64,000 nt of DNA from Cladosporium halotolerans (taxonomy: Eukaryota): contig NW_027191488.1 of NCBI RefSeq assembly GCF_011745625.1, forward strand, positions 62,001-126,000, in the 5' to 3' direction. The notes below the pieces were generated by a model. The model ran no database searches and was not told the origin of the DNA. It saw nothing but the letters and a program-made list of their open reading frames with translations. Position numbers and translations under genes: made by a program. Of the stretch, positions 44,250 to 55,792 are shown piece after piece (the stretch's first letter is position 1; every line of letters begins with the position of its first letter).

Positions 44250-45872
44250 TCATAGGTCAGTGCTCCCCATACCGAGCTTGTCCGCCTGCAGCCACCTATC
44301 AACAACCAGCCTTGCCACGTTTTTCCCCATCAGTGCGCTGGTCTCCATGGTGGAAATGAACCGCTCGATGCCACTAGTATACCACAGGTTGTTGCTAAGC
44401 TTGACATCCTCGAACGAATCCCGCGGATACTCATACGGATAGCTGTGCCACGCCTTGCGGTAGATCCATGTGATGTCTTCGTCACTAACCTCACCCTCCT
44501 CGCATTCGACACCCAGCAAAGCCGCCAAGAACGTGCTATTGGGCGGCGCCGGTGAGAAGATCTTGTACGCATATTCAGTTGCACCAGTCTTCGGGTTGAT
44601 CATATCCTGGAGCAGACTGATGCTGTAAAATCCCGGACTGCCGGCCGTGGCGTCTGCAGGAGGATGTTCGCCTGGCGGGAGAGTTGTCACGATGACTTGA
44701 GGGGCTGCTTTGTTGGCTGAGAGGCCGAAAAAAGCAGGCGAGAGGAGATGGGGCGATGTGAATAAGGTCACGTGGAGTTTCACGTAAGGGAAGGCATCGG
44801 GCGTGCGGAAGTCGATTGAGCTGATGTCGATGTTGGAATATTGAAATGGTGCCGCCAGAATCACATCGTCGAACCTCGATGTCAATATTTGCGAGTGAAG
44901 CTCGGGCGACAGGCCTTTCGAGATCAGGTCGAAGCCGCCATCCTTAGCCTGCTCTATTTTCGTCACTTCCGTCTCGAGCAGGATGCTCGATTTCGAAGAA
45001 GCTACCATGTTGGCAAAGATCTGCCAGTTGCCGCCCTCAACGGACATTGCACCACGGCTCGCCATGCAGACCATGGTCTCAAGGCCATGGAAATTATCAA
45101 TGTTCTGTGCGTAGTTGACGCGCGTGCTGGCCTGGATGATCTCTCTTGCGAACGGTGTGCCAATGTTGTTCTCACGGAGAAAGTCTTCACCAGTCGCAGA
45201 AGTCACGGCAAGCAATCCAACATTCTGGGCGGCTTGCGTGAGAGATGCGAACGGGAAGACCGGCTCCTCGTACATCTTCAAGAACTTCCCTACTGTGGCT
45301 TTCATGAGGTTCAGCGTGCGAAGCGGAGAGAGCCCGTACTTGTAGAACAGCTTAGCACTGTCCCACCAGCCGCCTTCGTTGTCCTGGGTGAAGACGAATT
45401 GGTTGCCATTCCAGACGCCGATGTCAGGGCCAGGGATGTCTTCTCCTGTCGTGCTGAAGGAGGACGTTGACAGATTGAACGTCTTGACGGCGTCGACTAA
45501 GATGCGGTTCACCTCTACAAAGACGCTGGCGCCTAGCTCAATGGGAAAACTGGCATCATCGTAGGCGTGAACTGTCGTGGATCGTCCTCCAATTTGAGTA
45601 TTTTTCTCGAAGATGGTTACGTTCACAGGGATGCCGGCAGTTTCAGCAAATTGAGAGAGATGATAGGCAGATGATGATCCGGCGGCTCCAGCACCTTATG
45701 ATAATCAGTGAAGGTTCTCAATAGTGTGGACCCGCACACCCATACCAATGATGGCAACCTGCTTAACCCTTGGGTGATCCTGATTGTTGAAGACAATCTG
45801 TTCACGAGAGGCGATTGCGGGCGCCGTCCATACGGCCAGCGCGGCTACTAAATGATACCATAACACCATCAT
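44250..45872 (-). CDS. Prenylcysteine oxidase/lyase (FAD-dependent, secretory pathway)
   Basis: Signal peptide MMVLWYHLVAALAVWTAPAIA. VAIIG|AGAAGSS across intron 45695-45745 (AAG acceptor). IELGASVFV, ASTRVNYAQN, VEGGNWQIF, FISTMETSALMGKNVA. Confidence 0.9.
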
Positions 45873-46088
45873 GATGGCATGTTATTGAAGTTATGATATT
45901 CAATCAAAGCGTCCGAATTGAAGCCATCACCATTGGCATCGCTTGACGCGGTGTCGCCGTTTGAAACACGGATGCGGGAGACCCCGCAAAGCAACGCGCC
46001 GAAAGAGTCACCACATTTTGTGCGCCGGCTGTTCTGCGCAGATCCAATGATACCCACTTGAGCCCCTCCACCCAAACTATTTTCCTGT

Positions 46089-48529
46089 ATGCTTGCCAGA
46101 GCGTTGTTGACTCCTAGATTCCTCTGCGCAAAACGAATAAAGCCTCCGCGCTTCACTACAACACTCCTTTTCACTCGGCTGTACACACCCACCATGGCGC
46201 CCAAGGCCAAGAAGGACGAGGGCAGCGGCCGCCCGCTAGAGATGACCCCGCCGCCGGAATACTTTGCTACCCGTAACGCTATCTTCGACAAGAGAAAGGC
46301 TGAGAGGGATGAGTGGGTTGCGAAGCAGCCTAGAGAGGAAATCGAGATCACCCTTGCGTCTGGCGCGGTCAAGCAGGGCAAGAGCTGGGAGACCACACCC
46401 GGTAACATCGCACGTGAGATCTCCAAGAGCTTGTTCGAGCGCACTGTGATCGCCCAGGTCGACGGTAACCTCTGGGATCTGGAGAGGCCATTCGAGAAGA
46501 GCTGCAAGCTGGAGCTCCTGGATTTCGAGCACCCCGAGGGCAAGAAGGTTTTCTGGCACAGCAGCGCTCACATTCTGGGCGAGGCCTGCGAGAGACACTA
46601 TGGCTGCTCGCTGTGCATTGGTCCGCCCGTGGAGGACGGCTTCTACTACGAGATGGCGCTCCCTGATCAGGGCGCAGTGTCGGCTGCCGACTACAAGCCC
46701 TTGAAGCAGGTTGCGGAGAAGGCGATCAAGGAGAAGCAGCCGTTTGAGCGTCTCGAGCTCACCAAGGAGGATCTTCTCGAGATGTTCGCCTACAACAAGT
46801 ACAAGCAGCACATCATTCAGGACAAGATCCCTGACGGCACAAGCACCACTGTCTACCGCTGTGGTCCCCTCATTGACCTGTGCAGAGGTCCTCACGTCCC
46901 TCACACCGGCAGGATTAAGGCTTTCGACATTATGAAGAACTCCGCAAGTTACTTCCTTGGTGACGCCAAGAACGACAGCCTGCAGCGTATCTACGGTGTC
47001 TCGTTCCCTGACAAGGCGGTAAGGAAATCACGTTGGCACAATGCTATACCCGTGCTAATTCAATCTAGGCTCTCGCCGACCACAAGCACATGCTCGAAGA
47101 GGCCGCCAAGCGTGACCACCGCAAGATTGGCCAGGAGCAGGAGCTCTTTTTCTTCCACCAAATGTCTCCCGGCTCTGCCTTCTTCCTTCCCCACGGCATG
47201 ATCATCTACAACGCGCTCCAATCATACATTCGCAACGAGTACTGGAACCGCGGCTACCAGGAGGTCAACTCTCCCAACATGTACAACTCTGCTCTCTGGA
47301 AACAGTCCGGCCACTGGCAGCACTACCACGAGGACATGTTCACATTCGAGGTCGAGAAGGATCAGTGGGCACTGAAGCCCATGAACTGCCCCGGCCACTG
47401 CCTGCTGTTCGGCCACAGGGATCGCAGCTACCGCGAGCTGCCTATGCGCATTGCTGATTTCGGTATTCTCCACCGTAACGAGGCGTCTGGTGCCCTGACC
47501 GGTCTCACTCGTGTCCGCCGTTTCATGCAGGACGACACTCACATTTTCTGTACCGAGGCCCAGGTCGAGCAGGAAATTCAGGGTTTGTTCGACTTTCTCC
47601 AGGCTGTCTACGGCCTGTTCGGCTTCACCTTCAAGATGAAGCTGTCCACCATGCCCGAGAACCACCTGGGTGACGTTGCCACGTGGGAGCGCGCCGAGGC
47701 CCAGCTCACCAAGGCCCTCGACGAGTTCCAGGAATCCACCGGTACCAAGTGGGAGCTCAACCCTGGTGACGGTGCTTTCTACGGTCCCAAGATCGACATC
47801 ACCATCTCCGATGCCCTCAGGCGTGAGTTCCAGTGCGCCACCATCCAGCTTGACTTCCAGCTTCCCCAGCAATTCAACCTCGAATACCGCACTGAGGACG
47901 CCGCCGCGAAGGCCGAGACCCAGGCCAAGGAGGAGAAGTCCGCTGAGAAGCCTGCGGAGAAGCCCGCAGAGAAGGCCGCCGACGGCGAGTTGAAGCCCGA
48001 AGAGAAGCTCGTCGTCCGCTCCGCGCCCCCCGCGGAGGCCGACTCCAGCGCCGTCAAGAAGGACGAGGGCCACTACCGCCGCGAGCTCACCCCCGGCTGT
48101 GCCCGCCCCGTCATGATCCACCGCGCCATCTACGGCTCCTTCGAGCGCTTCATCGCCATCCTCACTGAGCACTTCGGCGGCAAGTGGCCCTTCTGGCTGT
48201 CGCCGCGCCAGATCCTCATCGTCCCTGTCATGGCCGCCGCCAACGAGTACTGCGAGGAGCTGCAGAAGGAGTTCCGCAGCCACCACTTCCACGCCGACAT
48301 CGACATCTCCGGCAACACCATGCAGAAGAAGATCCGCACCGGCCAGCTCGCCCAGTACAACCTCATCATGGTCGTCGGTGCCCAGGAGCGCGACTCCCGC
48401 TCTGTCAACATCCGCAACCGCGATATTCCCGAGACGCAGAAGATGGGCGAGCTCGTGCCTGTTGACAAGGCGATCGAGATGATGAAGAACTTGAGGGATG
48501 AGAGGAGGCTGAGCAGCGCGCTGAAGTAG
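46089..48529 (+). CDS. THS1: Threonyl-tRNA synthetase (cytosolic type, with possible mitochondrial N-extension)
   Basis: TGS domain, [65 protein letters not shown]. Intron 47019-47068. ATGs at 46089 and 46194. Confidence 0.97.
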
Positions 48530-48905
48530 GTTTGTGGTTGTCTAAGGTGCTTACGGGTTTCATGAAAAACGGCTGTGTTAGTGGGAGACGATTGAGCGTG
48601 GATTAAAATGCAAAGCATAGATTATGCGGATCACCATACAACTCTGCTTCCTTCTTTTCCGACATCGTCAAAATCCCACGTGGGTAGGCATACTACATAC
48701 GGCCGGAAGCTGAGCCGAGACATTACCATTGGCGATGAAGAGTAAGCAGTGTGCTTCCTTTGCCAATTATTCCATCTCAAGAGAAGATTGAAACTGCCGA
48801 ATAAGTGTAGTTGTATCTTGTATTCCATGATATATCGCGCCCCTCTCGGCGTCCAAGATATCTACAACCAGTTCGCGTTAAATCGTCAAGACATAAGCCT
48901 CCTCC

Positions 48906-49994
48906 TCAAATCACATTCTTCAGCTCCTGCCCAGCGATGAACTTCCTCAAATTCTCCGCAATCAGCCCCTCGGCGCCCTGCGGCCTTCCACCCGCCGCAT
49001 GAGGGCTGAGGATTACGTCCTTCTGCTTGTACAGCGGCGAGCTGCCGGGCAGTGGCTCCGTCTCGAAGACGTCGAGCGCCGCGCCGCCAATCTCACCATT
49101 CGTAAGCGCGGCGTCCAGCGCCGCCTCGTCGACCGTTGTCCCGCGCCCGACGTTCACGACCCACGCGTGCTTCGGCAGCAACTTCAGGCGCTCGGCGTTC
49201 AGCGCGTGCTTCGTTGTGTCTGAGCCGGGCAGGATCATGACGAGCGCGTCGACTTTGGGGAGCAGAGAGGGCAGGTCGGCCTCGGCGTGGATTTCGATGC
49301 CGTTGCGCACGCCCGCGTGGCGCGCGAGGCCCGTCACATTGGCGCCCAGGGCGGTGAGGTAGGGCGTGAGCGTCTTGGCGATGTTGCCGAAGCCCCAGAT
49401 GAGGACGTTGGCGTCGCGGAGCGTCGTGAAGGCGTTCTTGGGCCGGTCGGGCTGCGGGCCGCCCAGGTGGCCGGGCCATTTCTGCTGCGTCTGGTAGTCA
49501 CGCATTTCGTGGAATTTGCGGGCGGAGGCGAGCAGGAGGCCCAGGGCGTGCTCGGCGACGGTGGCGTCGTGCAGGCCGGAGCCGGTTGTGATTGTGACGG
49601 TCTTGGGGTCGAAGCCGGCGCCGAGCACGTCGTTGGGGCCGGCGGCGAGGGATTGGATCCATTTCAGCTGCTTCATGTTGGCGGCGGCGTGCTTGAGGTT
49701 GTCGGCGGTGTTCGTCCATGTTACGAGGACCTCGGCGTCGAGGTGCTCGGCGGGGATCTCTTTCTTGACATCGTAGGGTTGGAGGTCGACGGAGAAACCC
49801 TCGAGGCTCTGCACATCGAGGACGAGGGAGGTAGGGTAGAGGAGCTTCATCTTGATCGGAACGTCTCTGGCGTCTGAGGTGGAGGGAGGTGGTGGCGGAG
49901 ATGAAGGGAAGGGAGGGTTGATGAAATGGGAAGAAAGCAATTGAGCACGCGCTGTCCCTGTACTGAAAGGCTGAGACTTGTATTTTGCGGACAT
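48906..49994 (-). CDS. D-isomer-specific 2-hydroxyacid dehydrogenase
   Basis: VAEHALGL, IWGFGNIA, VNVGRGTTVDE, AALDVFETEPLP, LSPHAAG. Intronless; second in-frame ATG at 49850. Confidence 0.92.
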   Translation of the reverse strand: MSAKYKSQPFSTGTARAQLLSSHFINPPFPSSPPPPPSTSDARDVPIKMKLLYPTSLVLDVQSLEGFSVDLQPYDVKKEIPAEHLDAEVLVTWTNTADNLKHAAANMKQLKWIQSLAAGPNDVLGAGFDPKTVTITTGSGLHDATVAEHALGLLLASARKFHEMRDYQTQQKWPGHLGGPQPDRPKNAFTTLRDANVLIWGFGNIAKTLTPYLTALGANVTGLARHAGVRNGIEIHAEADLPSLLPKVDALVMILPGSDTTKHALNAERLKLLPKHAWVVNVGRGTTVDEAALDAALTNGEIGGAALDVFETEPLPGSSPLYKQKDVILSPHAAGGRPQGAEGLIAENLRKFIAGQELKNVI

Positions 49995-50569
49995 GCCACT
50001 TTTGTGGTCGGGGTGGGGGTTTTATGGGAGAAGATAGCCTCGTCTTCGGAAGATTTGCTCGCGTTGGAGTGAAGTGACGCCGAGCCGTTGCCGACAAAGG
50101 TCGGCTGTTTAGATCGAGGAGGTGAATTGTTGAGAAATGCAAGCGGCAGCAGAGCTAACGAAGGACGGCCTCATGTTTAAGCAGCGCACCTTTTTCGGCG
50201 TCATTCTTGCAAGCGACTCGGTCGGCAATTGAGAGAGGGGTGGAGGGGCTCCTCCAAGGCCACGGGTCGCCGAGCCTTGCGCGTCCGCCAGCCGTGCCGT
50301 TTCGAGAAGCAGACCTTGACGCCGCCGAGAGTAAAAGCATGGCTGTATGCGACGGGATAGCGTGTCACGACGAAGGTTACACATACTCATTTCAATCGGG
50401 ATATCACACTTATCTTGAAATCAAAGGACAGACCGAAGGTGACAGGTGAAGGGGATTTCATTTGTGTCCTCTATCTTACAGAAACATCATAGCAGTCGTA
50501 ACCTCGTGCAAACAGAAACTGTTGTATTCTGTCCATGTATAGCAATGATCCTCGGTCAAGGCCACATGC

Positions 50570-51508
50570 CTAGAACAGGGCACCTCCGAGCAACGCACCG
50601 CCAAGCAAGCCGCCACCAAGCGCCAAAGGCATGCCATATCCACCGCCATAACCTCTGCCGTACGGCCGACCGTACGGCATGACAGGCCTGCTGTACATGC
50701 CCGGAGGAGCATACATGCCGCCGCCGTACATACCACCAGGCCATCCGCCCATTCCGCCACTGCCGTACGGGCTGACTCCGTATCCGCCTGGGTATCTCGA
50801 GGAGCCCCGATACTGCGGCGGCTGCAACCAGACGTCTTGCCCATCGCGATCCTTACCAATGAGCTGTGGCTCGCCAGTCTGCATCGCCTTGTTCATTGCG
50901 TTTCGGATGGCAAGATGGCGCTGGTAAAGCTCGCGCTCCTTCTGCTCCCTGCGAGCGCGCTCTTGTTCACGCTCTTCGTGCGTCGTGCCGGTGATCTTGT
51001 CTTTCATTCGGCGGCCCAGTGATCTCTTGCCCTTGTTTTGGGTGCCAGATCCCTGTGGCCGCGGCGGCAACTCGCCGGGGACATCCTCCTCGTCTGTGTG
51101 GTCGTGCATGATGTCCGCCTTGCTGGGTTGGCTGTCGTGCGGGTGGCGCATGCTTTCTTCTTCGATGCGTTCTCTTTCCTCGCTCGGAAGCGAGTTCAAG
51201 TACTCGTCATCATCGTATGGGTGCGTCCAGATGCTGCGAGGGGGGTCTTTCGTGGTGTCGACGAAGAACTGATGGTCGCTTTCTGGGTCGTATGTACGCA
51301 CCCAGCCTTTGGGAAGAGCGCGGCCCTCGTCTTCCATGGAGCGGCGAGCGGTCGACGGAATGCCATCTTTGTTCTGGCCCGGGACTTGGAGATGTGAGGA
51401 GCTGGCGTGGTCTTGTGCCTGGGAAGAGCTGCTAGCTTGGTTGCTGCTGCCGGTATTGTTCTTCACAGCGGTCTCGTATGAGGGCGGCGGCTCTGAAGGA
51501 TTCGCCAT
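50570..51508 (-). CDS. WW-domain protein with Gly/Tyr-rich hydrophobic tail (Wwm1-like)
   Basis: WW domain LPKGWVRTYDPESDHQFFVDTTKDPPRSIWTHP; N-terminal PPPSY; tail GYGMPLALGGGLLGGALLGGALF. Confidence 0.85.
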   Translation of the reverse strand: MANPSEPPPSYETAVKNNTGSSNQASSSSQAQDHASSSHLQVPGQNKDGIPSTARRSMEDEGRALPKGWVRTYDPESDHQFFVDTTKDPPRSIWTHPYDDDEYLNSLPSEERERIEEESMRHPHDSQPSKADIMHDHTDEEDVPGELPPRPQGSGTQNKGKRSLGRRMKDKITGTTHEEREQERARREQKERELYQRHLAIRNAMNKAMQTGEPQLIGKDRDGQDVWLQPPQYRGSSRYPGGYGVSPYGSGGMGGWPGGMYGGGMYAPPGMYSRPVMPYGRPYGRGYGGGYGMPLALGGGLLGGALLGGALF

Positions 51509-52215
51509 AATGTGTGCTTGACCTTTCGATAATCTTCTGGTCTCTTGAGGAGGTTATATGACAGTGGTTAGGGTGGCAACTGCTCACAGGCTGTGTAGTA
51601 CAAGGCGAGAAGGTTCCAGGTTCCAATCTCATCGCGACCTCACTTGTGACCGTGAGCGCCACACCGATGACGTGGATGACAGCACAGCCACGGTTCTGTA
51701 TCGATGTCTCGGAACATCTGTGATGGTAAGAGCCAAGACAAACACATCGGCAAAGAGCTCTCTGAGTGGTGACAAAGGCGTAACGCCGAATTTGTATTTG
51801 TTATTCGTGAGCGTTTTCAATTTCTGTCAGTGTGAAATGGCGGTGATCGTCCGTTCATTCGAGCTCCGCGAGAGCCGCAAAGCACATGTATACTCTTGCC
51901 TGACGGACACCGAAGAAGCCTTCACAACTTGCCTCGGTGCCTGACCTCACAACACCAGATGCTTTACTACTAGGCGCTCATTCAATGCATTTATTCATAA
52001 GACACGGTATCTCTTGCAAAGGCAATTATACCTTGATATACACCTCATTCATCGCAGGACGAACGCCACATGTACGGCCGCTCCCGAGCCACGCGCGACG
52101 CGAAGACGTCATGCAAGTCGCCCAAAACGCGTCTTCCAAACCCGACCCTGAACTTCGCGTGGGACGTTCAATCCGTCGCCAATTGAAACACCACCATTGA
52201 AGCACACACGCCAGA

Positions 52216-53222
52216 ATGTCTCTCAAACGCAAAGCCGGCGATGTCGCTGCTGACGCCGCCAAAAAGCCGAAAGCCAACGGCTCCATCACCTCCTTCTTTG
52301 GCGCTCCGAAACCGAACCCGTCAACATCCAGCACAAATCCAGCGAAGCCGGCCTCGGATCCCACAGCGCCCGAGACGCAGCCTGTCAAGTTTGACAAAGA
52401 GGCATGGATTGCAAAACTGTCAGACGAACACAAGGAGCTTCTCAAGCTTGAGATCGAGACATTACACGAGAGCTGGCTCGGCGCGTTGAAAGATGAAGTG
52501 ACCAGCGAAAGCTTCCTCAATCTCAAGCGCTTCTTGAAGAAAGAGGGCGAGTCTGGGGCTAAGATCTTCCCGCCGTTGGAAGATGTCTACTCATGGTACG
52601 TACAGAGTATGCATTCACGTCTCATTCATGCGGTCGCTAAAAAGACGCCAGGTCCCGACACACGCCCCTCCCGACCGTCAAAGCAGTCATCATCGGCCAA
52701 GACCCCTACCACAACTTGAATCAAGCCCACGGCCTCTGTTTCTCCATTCGCCCACCGACACCCGCTCCTCCCTCTCTCCAGAATATCTACAAGTGCCTCA
52801 AAAAAGATTATCCGTCTTTCACGCCGCCGCCCAAGAATGGCGGCCTCCTCACCCCCTGGGCTGAGCGTGGCGTGCTTCTCCTCAACACCTGCCTGACCGT
52901 ACGCGCACACCAAGCCAACTCGCACGCCGGAAAGGGCTGGGAGAAGTTCACGCAGAAGGTCATTGATACTGTTGCTGCAAAGCGTACGCGCGGTGTAGTC
53001 TTCCTGGCTTGGGGCAAGCCTGCTGAGCAGAGAGTCAAGGGTGTCAACGGCAGCAAGCATTTAGTCTTGAAGAGCCCGCATCCGAGCCCGCTGAGCGCGA
53101 GTAGAGGCTTCTTTGACTGTGCACATTTCAAAAAGACGAATGAGTGGTTGAAGACGAGGTACGGCGAGGATGGCGAGATCAATTGGGACTTGAACGTGGC
53201 TCCGGAGGACGCTGGCGTCTGA
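52216..53222 (+). CDS. UNG1: Uracil-DNA glycosylase (family 1)
   Basis: GQDPYH, AHGLCFS, PPSLQNIY, VLLLNTCLTV, VFLAWG, HPSPLSA; PIP-like SITSFF. Intron 52596-52651. Confidence 0.96.
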
Positions 53223-53428
53223 GCGTTGTATCCTGAGAATGGACGCGTCTCTGGGTACATTGGATGTGCGTGTAAGCGAGATTTCTGTTTGGTAAAACGT
53301 GCACGATCATCGTTCGATCACATTGCAGAACGGATACAGGTGTATTGCAACAGGAGTATCGGACAAGTCAAAGCACGCATTTCATCGACATCACACGAAC
53401 CAGACCACGCAGACAACGATGTCGCATC

Positions 53429-54472
53429 TCACTCCTTGGCAGGAACTCTGATACTGACGTCCTTGATCTTCGCCTGCAGCCTCCCAATGACATCTTCCTT
53501 GCCATCATCGTCCATTTCCATGTCAACGTATCCGTGGGGCTCAATTTCCCTGGGCACGACCGCCAAAGCACGACCTGCGCCAGTTTCGTCAGTTCTGATA
53601 GTCTCCGCAGATGGCATCATGCTCAGCACAACTCACCATTGGCTTTCTCATCGCTTGCCAACCGCACAACAGCAGCCGCAACATCCTCTACCTGCGCGAA
53701 CGGAATCTGATGGCTCTGAAGCTTCTCCAGCGCCGCGCCAGAAATGATCCGCGTACGCACGAACCTACAAACCGTCAGTCTTTCTACCACAGTCTTCATC
53801 ACATCATCATCAGCCAAGTGCAAACACGCACCAAGGCGCAATCAAATTCACCCTCACGCCCAACGCCGGCACCACCTGCCTCAGACTCCTCATCATCCCG
53901 CGCACCCCAAACTTCGCCGCAGAATACTGCACCGCGCCGTTGTGGTCCGCGTAGCCCGCCACGCTCGCCGTCATCACCAGACTCCGGTCCGCGGAGGCGT
54001 CAGGGTGCCGCGCGAAATAGTGCAGCGCCAGCTTCGCCGTGTACATGTACCCGACCAGGTTCGTCGTCAGGATGCTGAGGTCGGGCTCTGCAGGCTCTTC
54101 GGCGGACGGATCTGAGGGGGCGAAGACGGGGTCTAGGCCGGAGATGCCGGCGTTGGCGAAGACGATGTCGATTCTACCGCGGAGTGCGTGCGCGGTTTTG
54201 AAGAGATTCTCTTGGTCGGGCCAGGAGCGCGTGTCGCAGGGCACGAACTTGACGGAGGAGGAGCCGAGTTCGGTTTCTAGAGCGGTGCCGCGGGAGCGCG
54301 AGAGGTCACCGAAGGTCACGAAGGCGCCGGCGGAGACGAAGCCGCGCATGCTGGCTTCGCCTATGCCGCTGGCGGCGCCGGTTATCACGACGCTTTTGCC
54401 TTTGAGGTTGGAGGTGTTGAGGGGCGAGGATGGGTCGATGGCGTGGGCGTGGTTGAATTCGGTGGGAGCCAT
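53429..54472 (-). CDS. Short-chain dehydrogenase/reductase (15-hydroxyprostaglandin dehydrogenase-like)
   Basis: VITGAASGIG, FANAGI, YSAAKFGVRG (YxxxK), VNLIAPW|F. Introns 53765-53831 and 53575-53636; stop 53429-53431. Confidence 0.9.
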
Positions 54473-55231
54473 GGCTGCTTTTCTGGAGTCACGATATCGA
54501 TGGATGGTATCAGAAGGAACAATTGAAACGGTTGTTGGGCTGCAAAAATGATTGGGGTTCTGGCATTATACCTCTTGCAAGGTTAGACGGTGATTACGAG
54601 CTTACCCGAGGTGTGAACTAGGTAGCTACCTACAGCCTGAGCTCGCTGCAACTGTAGGTCCGTTTTGGGAAATGATTGCGTTGCCATACTTGTCTTAGTT
54701 CTCTTGCCTTTACAACTCAGTGCGCCCCGCCGTACCCGAATAGATTGCGTGAGGGATTTAGACGAGACGTAGAGGGAAGTACAATCCAGGTAGCACATCA
54801 TAATCGTTGAGGTAGCTTTCAACTAGGAATGAAGCCATAACAGCTTCGATCAGCCGCTCCTGAGCGATTGTATATGCAGTCATATATGACAATGTCATAT
54901 TTCCTCATGATATGTCGTATGCAAATGAAAGCTGTGTTGTAGGTACGAAATATTATAGACTGCGGTGGTGTTGCTCTGTCTGTGCTCGAACAGCTCGGCG
55001 AAGTCCGGTGAGGTCATCGTTGATCACATGCGAGTCGCAAGTCGCACAAGACAAACGGGAGAAAGCATGTTGCCATCCCATCATGAACTCGGTATCCTTG
55101 AATTCACAAGCTCAACAGTGTAATCATTGATTCAACTCCCAAGTTGCACAAGGGGAGCGCCGAACCCCCCTCCCACAGCCAAAACAGTTCGCTCCACCAC
55201 TCAACCCCCGCCAGGCATAAGCACAAGAACC

Positions 55232-55792
55232 ATGACCACGCAAACCCCACCCTTCCACCGCCTCCTCTCCTTCTACTCCAATCGCTCCCCCACGCCCGAC
55301 ACGCAAACCATCCGCCTCCAAGACTCCCTCCACGGCAACCTCGCCCTCGGCCTCGACTTCCCCGTCGCGCTCGCCATCGCCGTCGGCCGCCACCTCTACC
55401 TCAAGAACACCGGCCTCTTCTCCCTCAACATCCACGTCCCCTCCGTCTCGACAACGCAAACGCTTCTCGACGGCGTGCCCGTGGAAGAGAAGGAATCCTA
55501 CTCTTGCTCCGAGCTCGTGCAGCTCGCGGCGCAGAACGGCTGGGCGGGGCGCGCGGATGCTGTGGGACTGTGGGCGCTGGCGGCGGATGTGGGGACCGGG
55601 AGGATTGAGGGGCGGGATGTTGTTGCTTTTCAGCGCGGGACGCTGTTGAGGGACATCGAGGCGAGGAGGAAGGACAGGAGTCAGGTGCTGCCGCTTTGGA
55701 GGGGTGGGCCGATTTCGGTCGCGGGGCACAGTTGGGTTGTGGGGAGGGTGTTTGGAGTGGAGGTTTATAGGGATGAGGGGAAGAGGGATTGA
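55232..55792 (+). CDS. Hypothetical protein, divergent caleosin/peroxygenase-like
   Basis: accATG at 55232; 186 aa; host-like codon usage. The caleosin resemblance is by-eye inference. Confidence 0.7.
   Translation: MTTQTPPFHRLLSFYSNRSPTPDTQTIRLQDSLHGNLALGLDFPVALAIAVGRHLYLKNTGLFSLNIHVPSVSTTQTLLDGVPVEEKESYSCSELVQLAAQNGWAGRADAVGLWALAADVGTGRIEGRDVVAFQRGTLLRDIEARRKDRSQVLPLWRGGPISVAGHSWVVGRVFGVEVYRDEGKRD

Noticed and set aside
42520..45872. Functional link between adjacent Ras-like GTPase and prenylcysteine oxidase
   Set aside because: The GTPase lacks a CaaX box, and adjacency alone is not evidence in a eukaryote.
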